Shown here one piece after another: positions 19,695 to 30,807 of a stretch of 64,000 nucleotides of DNA. How positions within the stretch are numbered: position 1 is the stretch's first letter; each line of letters starts with the position of its first letter. A model generated the notes under the pieces. It made no database searches. It saw only the letters and a program-made list of their open reading frames with translations, and was not told where the DNA came from. The position numbers and the translations under genes were made by a program. Source of the stretch: an uncultured Candidatus Rokubacteria bacterium (GTDB lineage Bacteria; Methylomirabilota; Methylomirabilia; Rokubacteriales; CSP1-6); contig CAVWFS010000011.1 in NCBI GenBank assembly GCA_963754315.1, positions 64,001-128,000 on the forward strand. Direction: 5' to 3'.

Positions 19695-20569
19695 CAGTTC
19701 ACGTCCCGGTTCTCGTGGACGAGGTCGCGTTTCTCCTGCGGCCCCGCCAGGAGGGCTGGGTGATCGATGGGACGGTCGGGATGGGTGGACACGCAGCGGC
19801 GCTCCTAGAGGGAACGAGCGCCGGCGTTCGTCTTCTGGGGTTGGATGCGGATCCGGAGGCGCTTGCGCGGGCGGGTGAGCGGCTGGCGCCCCTTGGCGAC
19901 CGCGTTCGCCTCGAGCGGGCCAGCTTTCGCGACCTGCTGATTGTCGCCCGCCGTCTCGACGTGATTGCCGCGCAGTCGATCCTGCTCGATCTCGGCATCT
20001 CGTCCTTCCAGCTCGACGAGTCGGGGCGGGGATTCTCGTTCCAGACGGACGAGCCGCTCGATATGCGGATCGATCCGGCCGCCGGTCCACGCGCGGCCGA
20101 TCTCCTGAACGCGCTGCCGGAACGGGATCTGGCCCAAATGCTCCATGAATACGGTGAGGAGCGGCACGCTCGCCGTATCGCGCGTGCCATCGTGCGGCGC
20201 CGACCCCTCACCACCACGAGCGACCTGGTAGCGGCCGTGCGCAGCGCGGTGCCGCGCCAGGCCTGGCCGCGGCGTCTTCACGTGGCCACACGAACGTTTC
20301 TGGCCGTGCGCATGGCCGTCAACGATGAGAGGGGGGCGTTGCGCGAGGCGCTCCCCGCCGCCGCTGCCCTGCTCGCTGTCGGCGGCCGGCTTGGCGTCAT
20401 CTCGTTCCACTCCGGGGAGGACCGAGTCGTGAAGCAAACGTTTCGCCTGCTTGCTGCCCGTGGGTTCACGGAGCTGGAACCGTCGCCGCTCCGACCGAGC
20501 GACGACGAGGTGCGCGCCAACCCGCGCGCGCGGAGCGCGAAGCTGCGCGTGTTGGAGCGAGGGGCATGA
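19691..20569 (+). CDS. rsmH: 16S rRNA m4C1402 methyltransferase RsmH
   Basis: HVPVL (upstream of first GTG 19715), DGTVGMGGH, DLGISS, RGFSF, PLDMR, SFHSGEDR, NPRARSAKLR. Confidence 0.95.
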   Translation, partial: LAVHVPVLVDEVAFLLRPRQEGWVIDGTVGMGGHAAALLEGTSAGVRLLGLDADPEALARAGERLAPLGDRVRLERASFRDLLIVARRLDVIAAQSILLDLGISSFQLDESGRGFSFQTDEPLDMRIDPAAGPRAADLLNALPERDLAQMLHEYGEERHARRIARAIVRRRPLTTTSDLVAAVRSAVPRQAWPRRLHVATRTFLAVRMAVNDERGALREALPAAAALLAVGGRLGVISFHSGEDRVVKQTFRLLAARGFTELEPSPLRPSDDEVRANPRARSAKLRVLERGA

Positions 20570-20937
20570 CGCGCGAGCAACGGCTTCATCGCGAGACCGA
20601 TCCGCGCGTCGGTCGCTCCCTCGGCCTGACCGCCGTGTGCGCCGTCTGCCTGGTGGTGGCGGCTCTCTTCGTGGTGGCCGTGCGCGTCCAGCATGTCCGC
20701 CTCAGCTACCAACTCGATGCCTTGCGCACCGAACGCACCCGGGTGGAGAACCTCATCCAGCAGCTCGAGGTACAGGTCGCCACCCTGCGTGCGCCGCGCC
20801 GGCTCGAGTCTCAGGCTCGTCGGCTCGGCCTGACCGTCCCGGCGCCTGAACAGGTGGTGAATGCGCGCGAGTTCGTGACCGGACGTGGCGGCCCCGCGGC
20901 CGCCGGCTCCGCCCGGATCGAGGCGCAAGTGCGTTGA
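20566..20937 (+). CDS. ftsL: Cell division protein FtsL
   Basis: Single TM plus coiled coil, between rsmH and ftsI. Confidence 0.8.
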   Translation: MTREQRLHRETDPRVGRSLGLTAVCAVCLVVAALFVVAVRVQHVRLSYQLDALRTERTRVENLIQQLEVQVATLRAPRRLESQARRLGLTVPAPEQVVNAREFVTGRGGPAAAGSARIEAQVR

Positions 20938-22904
20938 GCTTGTCGGGCCTCCGGACTCGGGTCCTCGTGCTCGCGGCCCTCCTGGCGGGAGCATTCCTGG
21001 GCCTGACCGGGCGTCTGGCCTATCTGCAGATCGTTCGCCATGCCGAGCTGGTGCAGATGGCCGAGCGCCAGTACTCGCGCACGGTTGTGCTGCCCGCGCG
21101 CCGAGGTCCAATCGTGGATCGACACGGCGCCGCGCTGGCCACCTCCACGCCGGCGGAGTCGCTCTTCGCCCACCCGCGCGGGGTCGGCGATCCGGTGCGG
21201 GTGGCGGCGCGCCTGGCTCCGATCCTCCAGCTTCCCGAGCGTGATCTGCACGCGATGTTTACCAGCGCACGTCCCTTTGTCTGGATACGCCGCAAGTTAC
21301 CGCCGGCGGTCGCGGAGCAGGTGCGGGCGCTGCGGGAGTCCGGGCTCGGCTTCGTGCCTGAGCCCATGCGGCTTTATCCGAACCGGGAGCTGGCGGCCCA
21401 CGTCATCGGATTCGAGGGGGCCGACGGGGGCCTGGAGGGAGTCGAGCGGGCGTTCAATACCGATCTGGCAGGCGCGGACGGTCGGGCGGTGGTCGGCCGC
21501 GACGCTTTGGGTCGTGACGTCGTCCTGCAGCGGATCGTGCAGGATCCCGTGCCCGGAGCGGGTGTCATGCTGACGCTCGACAAGACCATCCAGTATGTGG
21601 CGGAGCGAGAGCTGGAGGCGGTGTATCGTCGGACCGGGGCCAAGGCGGCCATGGCGGTGGCGATGGATCCACGGACCGGTGATGTCCTCGCGGCCGCCAT
21701 CCGCCCCACCTTCAACCCGAACATCTTCGCGGAGCTGCCCTCGCGCGATGTCGTGCGCAACCGCGCCATCACCGACCCCTTCGAGCCGGGCTCCACCTTC
21801 AAGGCCATCATGGCCGCGGCTGCCCTCGAGGAGCGGGTGGTGCGGCCCGAGGACCGCATCTATGCGGAGAACGGCGCCATCACCATCGCCCGGGCCACCA
21901 TCCACGACTGGAAGCGCTACGGGTGGCTGACCTTCGCCGAAGTTCTCCAGAATTCCTCCAACGTCGGCTCCATCAAGGTGGGACTCTCGCTCGGGAGCGA
22001 GCGTTACTACCGATACATGACGGCTTTTGGCTTCGGTGCTCCCACCGGGGTGGGGCTGAGTGGTGAGAGTCGAGGGCAGCTACGCGACCCGCGCCGCTGG
22101 TCGGCGCTGTCGCTGCCGACCATGTCGATCGGCCAGGAGATCTCGGTCACCGCGTTGCAACTCGTGGGGGCGTTCGGCGCCATTGCCAATGGTGGTGTCC
22201 TGATGCAGCCTCGGGTAATCCGGGCGTTCGTCGACGGAGACGGGCGCGAGGTGAGGCGCATCGAGCCGAAGGCCGTCCGTCATGTGATCTCCCGGGACAC
22301 CTCGCGCGTGCTCACCCGCATCCTCACCAACGTGGTGAGTGCCGGCACGGGCCGTCACGCGGCGATTCCCGGCTACGACGTGGCTGGCAAGACGGGCACG
22401 GCCCAGAAGCTCGATCCCGCCACCCGCCGCTATTCGCGCGCCCCTGGCGTGCTCTCGTTCATCGGGTTCGCGCCGGCCGACGATCCGCGCTTCGTGATGC
22501 TGGTCATGCTCGACGAGCCCAAGAACGAGAAGTGGGGAAGCGAGGCGGCAGCCCCCGTCTTCGCCGCGATCGGACGCGAGATCCTCCGCTATCTCGAGGT
22601 GCCCGCGCGGGGCACACAGCCCGTGCAGATTATCGCCTCGACCGGCGAGTCGTCAGTGGCACGCCTCAGAATGGCGGAGGGGACGCCCATCGCGCCGCTC
22701 GACGCGGGCGCGGCCATGCCCGATCTGCGCGGGCGCAGTCTGCGCCACGCCCTGACCCTGCTGGCACCGTTGCGGATGGAGGTCGCGATCAGCGGGCACG
22801 GCTTCGTGGCCGCCCAGGTCCCGGCGCCCGGCGTCGGCGTGGAGCCGGGCATGCCGGCCTCGCTGTCGCTGATTGCGCAGGCGGGGAAGCGAGCGAGCGA
22901 ATGA
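20934..22904 (+). CDS. ftsI: Class B PBP FtsI (PBP3) with C-terminal PASTA-like domain
   Basis: RGPIVDR, RLYP, EPGSTFK (SxxK), SSN, KTGTAQK. Confidence 0.95.
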   Translation: MSLSGLRTRVLVLAALLAGAFLGLTGRLAYLQIVRHAELVQMAERQYSRTVVLPARRGPIVDRHGAALATSTPAESLFAHPRGVGDPVRVAARLAPILQLPERDLHAMFTSARPFVWIRRKLPPAVAEQVRALRESGLGFVPEPMRLYPNRELAAHVIGFEGADGGLEGVERAFNTDLAGADGRAVVGRDALGRDVVLQRIVQDPVPGAGVMLTLDKTIQYVAERELEAVYRRTGAKAAMAVAMDPRTGDVLAAAIRPTFNPNIFAELPSRDVVRNRAITDPFEPGSTFKAIMAAAALEERVVRPEDRIYAENGAITIARATIHDWKRYGWLTFAEVLQNSSNVGSIKVGLSLGSERYYRYMTAFGFGAPTGVGLSGESRGQLRDPRRWSALSLPTMSIGQEISVTALQLVGAFGAIANGGVLMQPRVIRAFVDGDGREVRRIEPKAVRHVISRDTSRVLTRILTNVVSAGTGRHAAIPGYDVAGKTGTAQKLDPATRRYSRAPGVLSFIGFAPADDPRFVMLVMLDEPKNEKWGSEAAAPVFAAIGREILRYLEVPARGTQPVQIIASTGESSVARLRMAEGTPIAPLDAGAAMPDLRGRSLRHALTLLAPLRMEVAISGHGFVAAQVPAPGVGVEPGMPASLSLIAQAGKRASE

Positions 22905-22905
22905 C

Positions 22906-24400
22906 ATGGCGCGTGGTGCGCTGGCCGTGACGGCGCTGCTCGAGGCGCTGCCCAACAACAGGGTGCACGGAACCTTGCCGTCCACCGTGGCCCGGATCGT
23001 CAGCGACTCGCGTCAGGTGGAACCCGGTGACTGCTTCGTGGCCGTGCCCGGGTTCAAGGAGGATGCCCGTCGCTTCGCCTCGGACGCGGTGGCGCGCGGG
23101 GCGACCCTGATCGTCAGCGAGGGTACGTTCCTGGACGTGGCGGCGCCTCAGATCCTCGTGCCATCAGCGCGTCGTGCTCTGTCGCGGCTGGCCGCCCTGT
23201 ACTACGGACGTCCTTCGCACAGGCTCACTCTGGTCGGCATTACCGGCACCAACGGCAAGACGACGACCTCGTACCTGGTGGAGGCTCTCCTGCGCGGGCG
23301 CGGGCTCGGCACCGGCGTCATCGGCACCATTCAGTACGTGATCGGTGACGAGCGTCACAAGGCGGGCCAGACCACGCCGGAAGCGCTGGACATCGAGGCC
23401 ATGCTGGCCCGGATGCTCGAGATGGGCGTGGGGGGCGTCGTCCTCGAAGTGTCCTCGCACGCCCTCGTCCTCGAGCGTGTGCAGGAGCTGGCCTTCGACG
23501 TGGCAGTGTTCACGAATCTCACCCAGGACCATCTCGATTTTCACGGAACCCTCGAGGCGTACGCGCGCGCCAAACGGCGCCTGTTCGAGCTGCTCGCCGA
23601 TTCGCCCAAGCCCCGCCGCACGGCGGTGGTGAACGCGGACGACCCCGCGGGCCGGGTCATGGTCGAAGGCCTGCCGCTCACGGTGCTCAGCTTCGGTCTC
23701 GGCCAAGACGCGCGCGTGCGCCCCGTCGAGCATGCCTCAACCATCGACGGAATCCGCCTGACGGTGTCTACGCCTCGTGGGCGACTGAGCCTCTCGTCCC
23801 CGCTGATCGGCGAGCACAACGTCCGCAACCTGCTGGGAGCGGTGGCGGTCGGTCTCGCTCTCGAAATGGAGCCACCGGCGATCGCCGCCGCGCTGGCCAC
23901 CGTCGACACCGTGCCGGGCCGATTCGAGCAGATCCGGGTGGGGCAACCGTTTCTGGTGGTCGTCGACTACGCCCATACGCCCGATGCGCTCGAGCGCGTG
24001 CTGACCACTGCACGCAAGCTGACCCGAGGCCGCCTGGGTACGGTGTTCGGCTGCGGCGGCGACCGGGATCGTGGCAAGCGGCCGCTCATGGGGGCGATCG
24101 CGGCTCGGCTCTGCGACCGCGTGTGGATCACGTCTGACAACCCGCGCTCCGAACCTCCTGAGGTCATCATCGACGAGATTCTGAGCGGCATCGACGGCGG
24201 TAAGGTCGACACGAGCCGCGTGACACGCCTGGCCGACCGCCAGGGAGCCATTCGTGCGGCCCTTGACCTGGGCCACTGCCGGTGATGCGGTCGTCATCGC
24301 GGGGAAGGGTCACGAGACGTACCAGATCATCGGCACCGCCGTCCTCCCCTTCGACGACCGGGAAGTTGCGCGCCAGATCCTCCGGGAAGACCGCCCATAG
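22906..24400 (+). CDS. murE: UDP-MurNAc-tripeptide synthetase MurE (apparent +1 frameshift at ~24267)
   Basis: GITGTNGKTT, EVSSH, DHLDFH, DYAHTPD, DNPR (meso-DAP type); C-terminal IAGKGHETYQ...FDDR continues in a shifted frame to TAG 24400. Confidence 0.93.
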
Positions 24401-25812
24401 CGTCCCGGGGCCCGCGGTTCACCGTGCAGGACATCGTCAGCGCGAGCGGCGGGGCGCTGGTGGCGGGTGATCTCGCCTTGCCCGTGGCTGGTGTGTCGAT
24501 CGATTCGCGAACGCTCCGGATCGGTGAGGCCTTCTTCGCCATTCGCGGCCACTGGCGCGACGGTCACGACAACGTGAGCGAGGCAGCGGCCCGCGGCGCC
24601 TGCTGCGTGGTCGTCCATACGATGCCAGACGATCCACCGCCCGGTATGCCCCTGGTGCTGGTCGATGACACGACCATGGCCTTGGGACGCCTGGCCGCCC
24701 GCCACCGCGCGCGTTTTTCCATTCCGCTGGTGGCCGTCACCGGCTCGAACGGGAAGACCACGACCAAGGAGCTGATCGCGGCCGTGCTGGCACGCCGATT
24801 CTCGCTGCTGAAGTCCGAGGCGAGTTTCAACAATCAATGGGGGTTGCCGCTGACGCTGTTGCGGCTCACCTCCGAGCACGAGGCGGCCGTGGTAGAGATC
24901 GGGACGAATCAGCCCGGCGAGATCGCGACCCTGACCGCGCTCGCCGCACCGACCATCGGGGTGGTGACCACGGTCGCCGAGGTCCATACCGAGTTTCTCG
25001 GCTCGCTGGAGGGGGTACGCGAGGAGAAAGCTGCGCTCGTCCGCGCCCTGCCGGTCTCGGGCGTGGCCGTGCTGAATGCCGATGACCCGCGCGTGCTCGG
25101 CATGGCCGCCGACACCCCCGCCCGGGTGGTGACCTTCGGGACGACACCGAACGCGGACGTGCATGTGGCCTCGCCGGTCGCCGAGGACTCGAAGACCATC
25201 GGGTTCACGGTCGAGCACGACGGTGAACGTGCCGCCGTCCGGTTCGCGCTCGTCGGCCGACACAACGTCATCAATGCCTTGGCGGCGGCGGCCACGGGTG
25301 TCGCGCTCGGGTTGTCGCTGGCCGAGGTCGCAGAAGGCCTCGCTGCCGCCCGTGCGGTCAAGGGACGTTGTGTGTGGCGAGAGGCGAACGGCGTTCGCAT
25401 CCTCGACGACACCTACAACGCCAACCCGGTCTCGGTGCGAGCGGCCCTTGAGACGGTCACCGTGCGTCGAGGACGGGGTCGATTGGTGGTGGTGCTGGGC
25501 GACATGCTGGAGCTTGGCAGCGTTGCCGACGAGGCTCACCGCGAAGTTGGTCGCCTGGTGGCCGCCCTGGGCGCAGACGAGCTGGTGGGAGTCGGCCCGC
25601 GAGCGCGGCTGGCCGTGGAGGCGGCCCGCGCGGCTGGACTCCCAGAGACACGCCACGTGCTGACGTTCGAGGACACGGTGGCCCATCTGCTCAAGCGCCT
25701 CGCGCCCGACGACGTCGTCCTCGTGAAGGGCTCGCGCGGCATGCGGCTGGAACGGGTGGTCGACGCGCTGCTGGCGCGGATCCCTCCGCCGGGACCGCAG
25801 CCGGGGACATGA
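24397..25812 (+). CDS. murF: UDP-MurNAc-pentapeptide synthetase MurF
   Basis: VTGSNGKTTTKE, FNNQWG, DDTYNANP, LGDMLELG, VKGSRG; start ATA 24397 or GTG 24424. Confidence 0.95.
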   Translation: MASRGPRFTVQDIVSASGGALVAGDLALPVAGVSIDSRTLRIGEAFFAIRGHWRDGHDNVSEAAARGACCVVVHTMPDDPPPGMPLVLVDDTTMALGRLAARHRARFSIPLVAVTGSNGKTTTKELIAAVLARRFSLLKSEASFNNQWGLPLTLLRLTSEHEAAVVEIGTNQPGEIATLTALAAPTIGVVTTVAEVHTEFLGSLEGVREEKAALVRALPVSGVAVLNADDPRVLGMAADTPARVVTFGTTPNADVHVASPVAEDSKTIGFTVEHDGERAAVRFALVGRHNVINALAAAATGVALGLSLAEVAEGLAAARAVKGRCVWREANGVRILDDTYNANPVSVRAALETVTVRRGRGRLVVVLGDMLELGSVADEAHREVGRLVAALGADELVGVGPRARLAVEAARAAGLPETRHVLTFEDTVAHLLKRLAPDDVVLVKGSRGMRLERVVDALLARIPPPGPQPGT

Positions 25813-25821
25813 GGGGCGGCA

Positions 25822-26904
25822 ATGGTCTACTACCTCCTCGTCCCGCTGGCCCGCGATCACATCCTCTTCAACGTGTTCCGCTACCTGACCTTTCGGTCAC
25901 TCATGGCGCTCATCTCGGCCCTGGTCATCTCGTTGCTCGTGGGGCCGTGGGTGGTGCGGCGATTGCGCGCGGCCCAGTACGGCGGCGAGACGATTCGCGA
26001 AGACACTCCCGAGCGGCATCGACAGAAGCAAGGCACGCCGACGATGGGAGGCGTGCTCATCGTGGGCGCCATTGTCGTGTCCACCTTGCTGTGGGCGAAC
26101 CTGCGCAACCGCTACGTCTGGGTAGCGGTGCTGACCGCGCTCGGCTTCGGCCTCATCGGCGTGTGGGACGACTGGCGCAAGCTCCGGCGCAAGAAGGGAC
26201 TCTCCGCGCGACTCAAGTTCGGCCTGCAGCTGTTGCTGGCCTTCGCGCTCGTCGAGGTCGTGTTCTTGACCCCTGCCAGCGACGGCTGGCAGCCCCTGCT
26301 GGCCATCCCGTTTCTCAAAGGATGGATGGTGAACCTCGGCTGGTGGTGGCTTCCCTTCGCCATGCTGGTCGTGGTCGGGGCCTCCAACGCCGTCAATCTC
26401 ACCGACGGTCTCGACGGGCTCGCGATCGGACCGGTCATCATGGCCGGCGGGGCCTTCGGAGTCATCGCCTACCTCACCGGCAACTTCCGGGCAGCCGACT
26501 ATCTCAAGATCGTCAACGTCAAGGGGGCCGGCGAGCTGACGGTCTTCTGCGGCGCCCTGATCGGGGCGGCCATCGGGTTCCTCTGGTTCAACTGTTACCC
26601 GGCCGAGGTGTTCATGGGCGACGCCGGCTCCCTCGCGCTTGGGGCCTCCATTGGCATGCTGTCGGTACTCACCAAGTCCGAGCTGCTGCTGCCGCTCATC
26701 GGCGGTCTGTACGTCGTGGAAGCGGCGTCGGTCATGATCCAGGTCGCCAGCTTCAAGCTCACCGGCCGCCGAGTCTTTCGTATGGCACCACTGCATCATC
26801 ACTTCGAGCTGAGTGGATGGGCGGAGCCCAAGATCGTCATCCGCTTCTGGATCGTCTCGTTTGCCCTCGCCCTCATGGCGATCACGACATTGAAGCTTCG
26901 GTGA
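25822..26904 (+). CDS. mraY: Phospho-N-acetylmuramoyl-pentapeptide transferase MraY
   Basis: KQGTPTMGG, DD, SNAVNLTDGLDGL, FMGD, MAPLHHHFE. Confidence 0.97.
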   Translation: MVYYLLVPLARDHILFNVFRYLTFRSLMALISALVISLLVGPWVVRRLRAAQYGGETIREDTPERHRQKQGTPTMGGVLIVGAIVVSTLLWANLRNRYVWVAVLTALGFGLIGVWDDWRKLRRKKGLSARLKFGLQLLLAFALVEVVFLTPASDGWQPLLAIPFLKGWMVNLGWWWLPFAMLVVVGASNAVNLTDGLDGLAIGPVIMAGGAFGVIAYLTGNFRAADYLKIVNVKGAGELTVFCGALIGAAIGFLWFNCYPAEVFMGDAGSLALGASIGMLSVLTKSELLLPLIGGLYVVEAASVMIQVASFKLTGRRVFRMAPLHHHFELSGWAEPKIVIRFWIVSFALALMAITTLKLR

Positions 26905-26911
26905 TCGCGTC

Positions 26912-28309
26912 ATGATGACCATGGAGCGGGCTCACGAGACGACGCGCGGGCGGGCCTATCGCGACTCGCTCGCCGGAAGGCCTGTGGCCGTGGTGGGGCT
27001 GGCTCGCAGCGGCATCGCCGCCGCGCGGCTGCTGCGCGAGGCGGGCGCCGATGTGGTGGCCACCGATGCAAAGCCGATCCACGCCCTGACCTCCGAGGCG
27101 CGTGCTCTGGCCTCGCTTGGTGTCCGTCTGCTCGACTCCCGCACCGAGCCCCTGCGCGAGGCTGAACTCGTGGTGGTGAGCCCCGGGGTTCCTGTCGATG
27201 GTGAGCAGCTCGCCTTCGCCCGGCGGCGTGGCGTCGCCATCATCGGCGAGCTGGAGCTCGGCTGGCGAGCGAGCGACGCGGAGGCGGTCGCGATCACCGG
27301 CACCAATGGGAAAACCACGACGACGGCGCTGACGGGGGCGCTGCTCGCGCGCAGTGGCCGGCCTGTCCTCGTCGCTGGCAACATCGGCAACCCGCTGACG
27401 GCCGACGCCGTGTCCGTCCCCAGCGAGGGATGGCTCGTGCTCGAGGTGTCGAGCTTCCAGCTCGAGACAATCGTGACATTCCGGCCGCACCTGGCCGCCG
27501 TGCTCAACGTCACCCCTGACCATCTCGATCGCCACCGAACGCTCGCGGCCTATGCCGCCACCAAGGCGCGGATCTTCGAGAACCAGCGGCCTGGGGACGG
27601 CGCCGTGCTCAACCAGGATGACGCGGGGGCTCGAGCCCTCGCTCCGGACGTGCGGGGTGACCTCGTGCGGTTCAGCCGACGGCAGGAACTGCCGCGCGGC
27701 GTCTTCGTGCATGACGGCTGGATCGTGGCGCGCTTCGATGGCCCGCGGGAGCCCATCTGTCCCCTCGACGAGATCGCCCTGCGCGGGGCTCACAATGTCG
27801 AGAACGTCCTCGCCGCCGCCGCCTGCGCGTGCTGGCTCGGTGTGGCGCCAGCCGAGATCCGGGCGGGCATTGCGGCCTTCCGGGGAGTGCCGCACCGGAT
27901 CGAGTTCGTGCGCACCGTGGCCGGCGTCGCCTACTACAACGATTCCAAGGGCACCAACGTGGAGTCGACCATCCGCGCTCTCGAGAGCTTCAGCGAACCG
28001 ATCGTGCTGATCGCGGGTGGCAAGGGTAAGGGTCAGGACTTCGGACCGCTCGCGCGCGCCGCTCGCGGCCGCCTCCAGCGGGCCGTGCTGATCGGCGAGG
28101 ATGCGCCACGGTTGGAGGCAGCTCTGTCCGCCGAGAACATCGCCGTGACCCGGTGCGGCTCGCTCGCGGAAGCGCTGGAGATAGCGCGGCGGGCGACCAC
28201 GCCCGGCGGCGTGGTCTTGCTCTCGCCCGCATGCGCCTCGTTCGACATGTTCGACAACTTCGAGCACCGCGGCGACGTCTTCAAGGATCTCGTCGTGAGG
28301 CTCCGGTAG
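26912..28309 (+). CDS. murD: UDP-MurNAc-L-Ala--D-Glu ligase MurD
   Basis: GLARSG, VVSPG, ITGTNGKTTT, EVSSFQL, DHLDRH, NDSKGTN, LSPACASFD. Confidence 0.96.
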   Translation: MMTMERAHETTRGRAYRDSLAGRPVAVVGLARSGIAAARLLREAGADVVATDAKPIHALTSEARALASLGVRLLDSRTEPLREAELVVVSPGVPVDGEQLAFARRRGVAIIGELELGWRASDAEAVAITGTNGKTTTTALTGALLARSGRPVLVAGNIGNPLTADAVSVPSEGWLVLEVSSFQLETIVTFRPHLAAVLNVTPDHLDRHRTLAAYAATKARIFENQRPGDGAVLNQDDAGARALAPDVRGDLVRFSRRQELPRGVFVHDGWIVARFDGPREPICPLDEIALRGAHNVENVLAAAACACWLGVAPAEIRAGIAAFRGVPHRIEFVRTVAGVAYYNDSKGTNVESTIRALESFSEPIVLIAGGKGKGQDFGPLARAARGRLQRAVLIGEDAPRLEAALSAENIAVTRCGSLAEALEIARRATTPGGVVLLSPACASFDMFDNFEHRGDVFKDLVVRLR

Positions 28310-28316
28310 GGCCGCC

Positions 28317-29414
28317 ATGCCCCGCAGGCTGAGACCAGACATGTGGCTCTTCGGCGCCACCGTCGTGCTCCTGTCGGTCGGCGTGGTGATGGTGTACTCC
28401 GCCAGCGCCATCGTGGCCGCCGATCGGTTCCACGATCCGTTCCTCTTTCTGAAGAAGCAGCTGTTTTGGGCCGTGCTGGGGGGCGCCGCCTTGTGGGTGG
28501 CCCTCAAGGTCGACTATCGCCGCCTCGAGAAGCTGATGGTGCCGGCCCTCGTGGTGGCCACCGTCCTGCTGATCCTCGTGCTGATTCCGCCCTTCGGCCA
28601 ATCCATCAACGGGACCCGGCGCTGGTTCCGGGTCGGCCCGGTGTCCTTTCAGCCCGTCGAGGTCGCCAAGCTGGCCCTGGTCATCTACCTCGCTGCATTC
28701 CTGGCCCGACGCGGTGAGCGCCTTCACGATTTCTGGCGCGGGTTTCTGCCCCCGTTGATGGTGGCGGCGCCGCTGGCCGGGCTCGTGCTCCTGCAGCCCG
28801 ACCTGGGCAATGGTCTCACGCTGATCGCGGTCACCTTCGGGCTGCTCTTCCTGGCCGGCACTCGCTGGCAGCATCTGGCTCTCATCATGGTGGTCGCCTT
28901 CCCGGTGCTGGTAGGGCTCGTCATGGTGGCCCCGTATCGCCTGCGCCGGATCATGGCCTTTCTCGACCCGTGGCAAGACCCGCGAGGGAGCGGGTTTCAG
29001 ATCATCCAGTCCTATCTGGCCATCGGTAGCGGAGGGCCCCTCGGACGTGGGATTGGCGAATCCCGACAGAAGCTGTTCTATCTTCCGGAGTCGCACACGG
29101 ACTTCATCTTTGCCATCGTGGGTGAAGAGCTGGGCTTCGTGGGAGCCACGGCGATGCTGGCTCTCTTCGCGGTCTTCATCTGGCGTGGGCTTCGCATCGG
29201 GCTCGGGAGCTCCGAGCCCTTCGGGGCCTACCTGGCGCTGGGGATCACCGTCCTCATCGCGACGCAAACCATTGTCAACCTCGGGGTCGTCACCGGCCTC
29301 CTGCCGACCAAGGGGCTTCCCTTGCCCTTCGTGTCCTTCGGCGGATCGGCCCTGGTGGTGACGATGCTCTCGACAGGAGTCCTCTTGAATATCTCCCAAC
29401 ACTCCCATGTTTAA
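28317..29414 (+). CDS. ftsW: SEDS protein FtsW
   Basis: [48 protein letters not shown]. Confidence 0.96.
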   Translation: MPRRLRPDMWLFGATVVLLSVGVVMVYSASAIVAADRFHDPFLFLKKQLFWAVLGGAALWVALKVDYRRLEKLMVPALVVATVLLILVLIPPFGQSINGTRRWFRVGPVSFQPVEVAKLALVIYLAAFLARRGERLHDFWRGFLPPLMVAAPLAGLVLLQPDLGNGLTLIAVTFGLLFLAGTRWQHLALIMVVAFPVLVGLVMVAPYRLRRIMAFLDPWQDPRGSGFQIIQSYLAIGSGGPLGRGIGESRQKLFYLPESHTDFIFAIVGEELGFVGATAMLALFAVFIWRGLRIGLGSSEPFGAYLALGITVLIATQTIVNLGVVTGLLPTKGLPLPFVSFGGSALVVTMLSTGVLLNISQHSHV

Positions 29415-30807
29415 GCGCTATCGGCAGATCCACTTCGTGGGCATCGGCGGGAGCGGCATGTCGGGAATCGCCGAGATTCTGCTCAACCTCGGCTACCGGG
29501 TCACCGGCTCCGATCTCAAGCGCAACGACGCCGTGGAGCGACTCGAACAGTTAGGAGCCAAGGTGTTCGTGGGGCACGAGGCTGCCCACATCGAAGGGGC
29601 GCACGTCGTCGTCTATTCGTCGGCAGTGTCACGCGAGAACATCGAGGTGCAGGTGGCCCGTCACCGGGGGATCCCGGTCATCCCGCGGGCGGAGATGCTG
29701 GCCGAGCTGATGCGACTCAAGTATGGCATCGCGGTGGCCGGTACTCACGGCAAGACCACCACGACGTCCATGATCGGCGCCGTGCTGGCCGAGGCGCGTC
29801 TCGACCCCACCATCGTGGTCGGGGGTCGCGTGTCGAGCTTCGACTCCAACGCGCGCCTGGGCCAGGGGGAGTACCTGGTCGCGGAAGCCGACGAGTCCGA
29901 CGGCTCCTTCCTGAAGCTGACGCCGACGATTGCCGTGGTAACCACCATCGATGCCGAACATCTCGACCACTACCAGAACCTCGAGCACATTCGCGAGGCT
30001 TTCACGGCCTTCGTGAGCAAGGTGCCGTTTTACGGCTCGGCCGTGCTCTGCCTGGATCAGCCCAACATCCAGCTGCTCATCCCACAGGTCGCCAAGCGCA
30101 TCATCTCGTACGGCCTGGAGTCGGGAGCCGATCTGGTCGCGCGGCACCTGCATCTGTCAGGCATGACCAGCCGCTTCGAGGTTTGCCACCGTGGGGCCCC
30201 GCTCGGCGAGTGCACCCTTCAGATTCCCGGTCGCCATAACGTGGCCAACGCGCTGGCCGCCATCGCGGTGGGGCTTGATTTGGACATTCCCTTTGCTGTC
30301 ACGCAGCGGGCCCTGGCTGGCTTCTCGGGGGTGCAGCGCCGCTTCCAGGTTCTCGGGCGCGTCGGCCGCATCACGGTGGTGGACGACTACGGCCACCATC
30401 CGACCGAGGTGCGGGCGACCCTCGCCGCGGCCAAAGCCGGGTTCGATTGTCGAGTCGTCGTTCTGTTCCAACCGCACCGATACACGCGCACCGCGCATCT
30501 GCGCCAGGAGTTCCTCACCGCCTTCAACCAGGCCGACGTGCTCGCGGTGATGGACATCTACTCGGCCGGCGAACCGGTCATCCCTGGGGTGACCGGCGAG
30601 GACCTGGCCGAAGGGATTCGCGCGCATGGGCACCGCCGCGTGACCTACGTGGGGAGCGAGCGTGCACGCGTGGTTGAGCACCTGTGCGAGATCGTCCGGC
30701 CGGGCGATCTCGTCATCACGCTCGGCGCGGGCGATGTCAGCCAGATCGGCTCGGAGTTGCTCCGCCGGCTGGAGGCCGAGTTGCAGCAGGGGAGGATCAC
30801 ATGCTAG
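29407..30807 (+). CDS. murC: UDP-MurNAc--L-alanine ligase MurC
   Basis: [40 protein letters not shown]. Confidence 0.97.
   Translation: MFKRYRQIHFVGIGGSGMSGIAEILLNLGYRVTGSDLKRNDAVERLEQLGAKVFVGHEAAHIEGAHVVVYSSAVSRENIEVQVARHRGIPVIPRAEMLAELMRLKYGIAVAGTHGKTTTTSMIGAVLAEARLDPTIVVGGRVSSFDSNARLGQGEYLVAEADESDGSFLKLTPTIAVVTTIDAEHLDHYQNLEHIREAFTAFVSKVPFYGSAVLCLDQPNIQLLIPQVAKRIISYGLESGADLVARHLHLSGMTSRFEVCHRGAPLGECTLQIPGRHNVANALAAIAVGLDLDIPFAVTQRALAGFSGVQRRFQVLGRVGRITVVDDYGHHPTEVRATLAAAKAGFDCRVVVLFQPHRYTRTAHLRQEFLTAFNQADVLAVMDIYSAGEPVIPGVTGEDLAEGIRAHGHRRVTYVGSERARVVEHLCEIVRPGDLVITLGAGDVSQIGSELLRRLEAELQQGRITC

Noticed and set aside
22906..24400. murE as a true pseudogene or programmed frameshift
   Set aside because: Essential gene, both parts well conserved, no slippery heptamer; a single duplicated C fits the indel-error pattern seen elsewhere.
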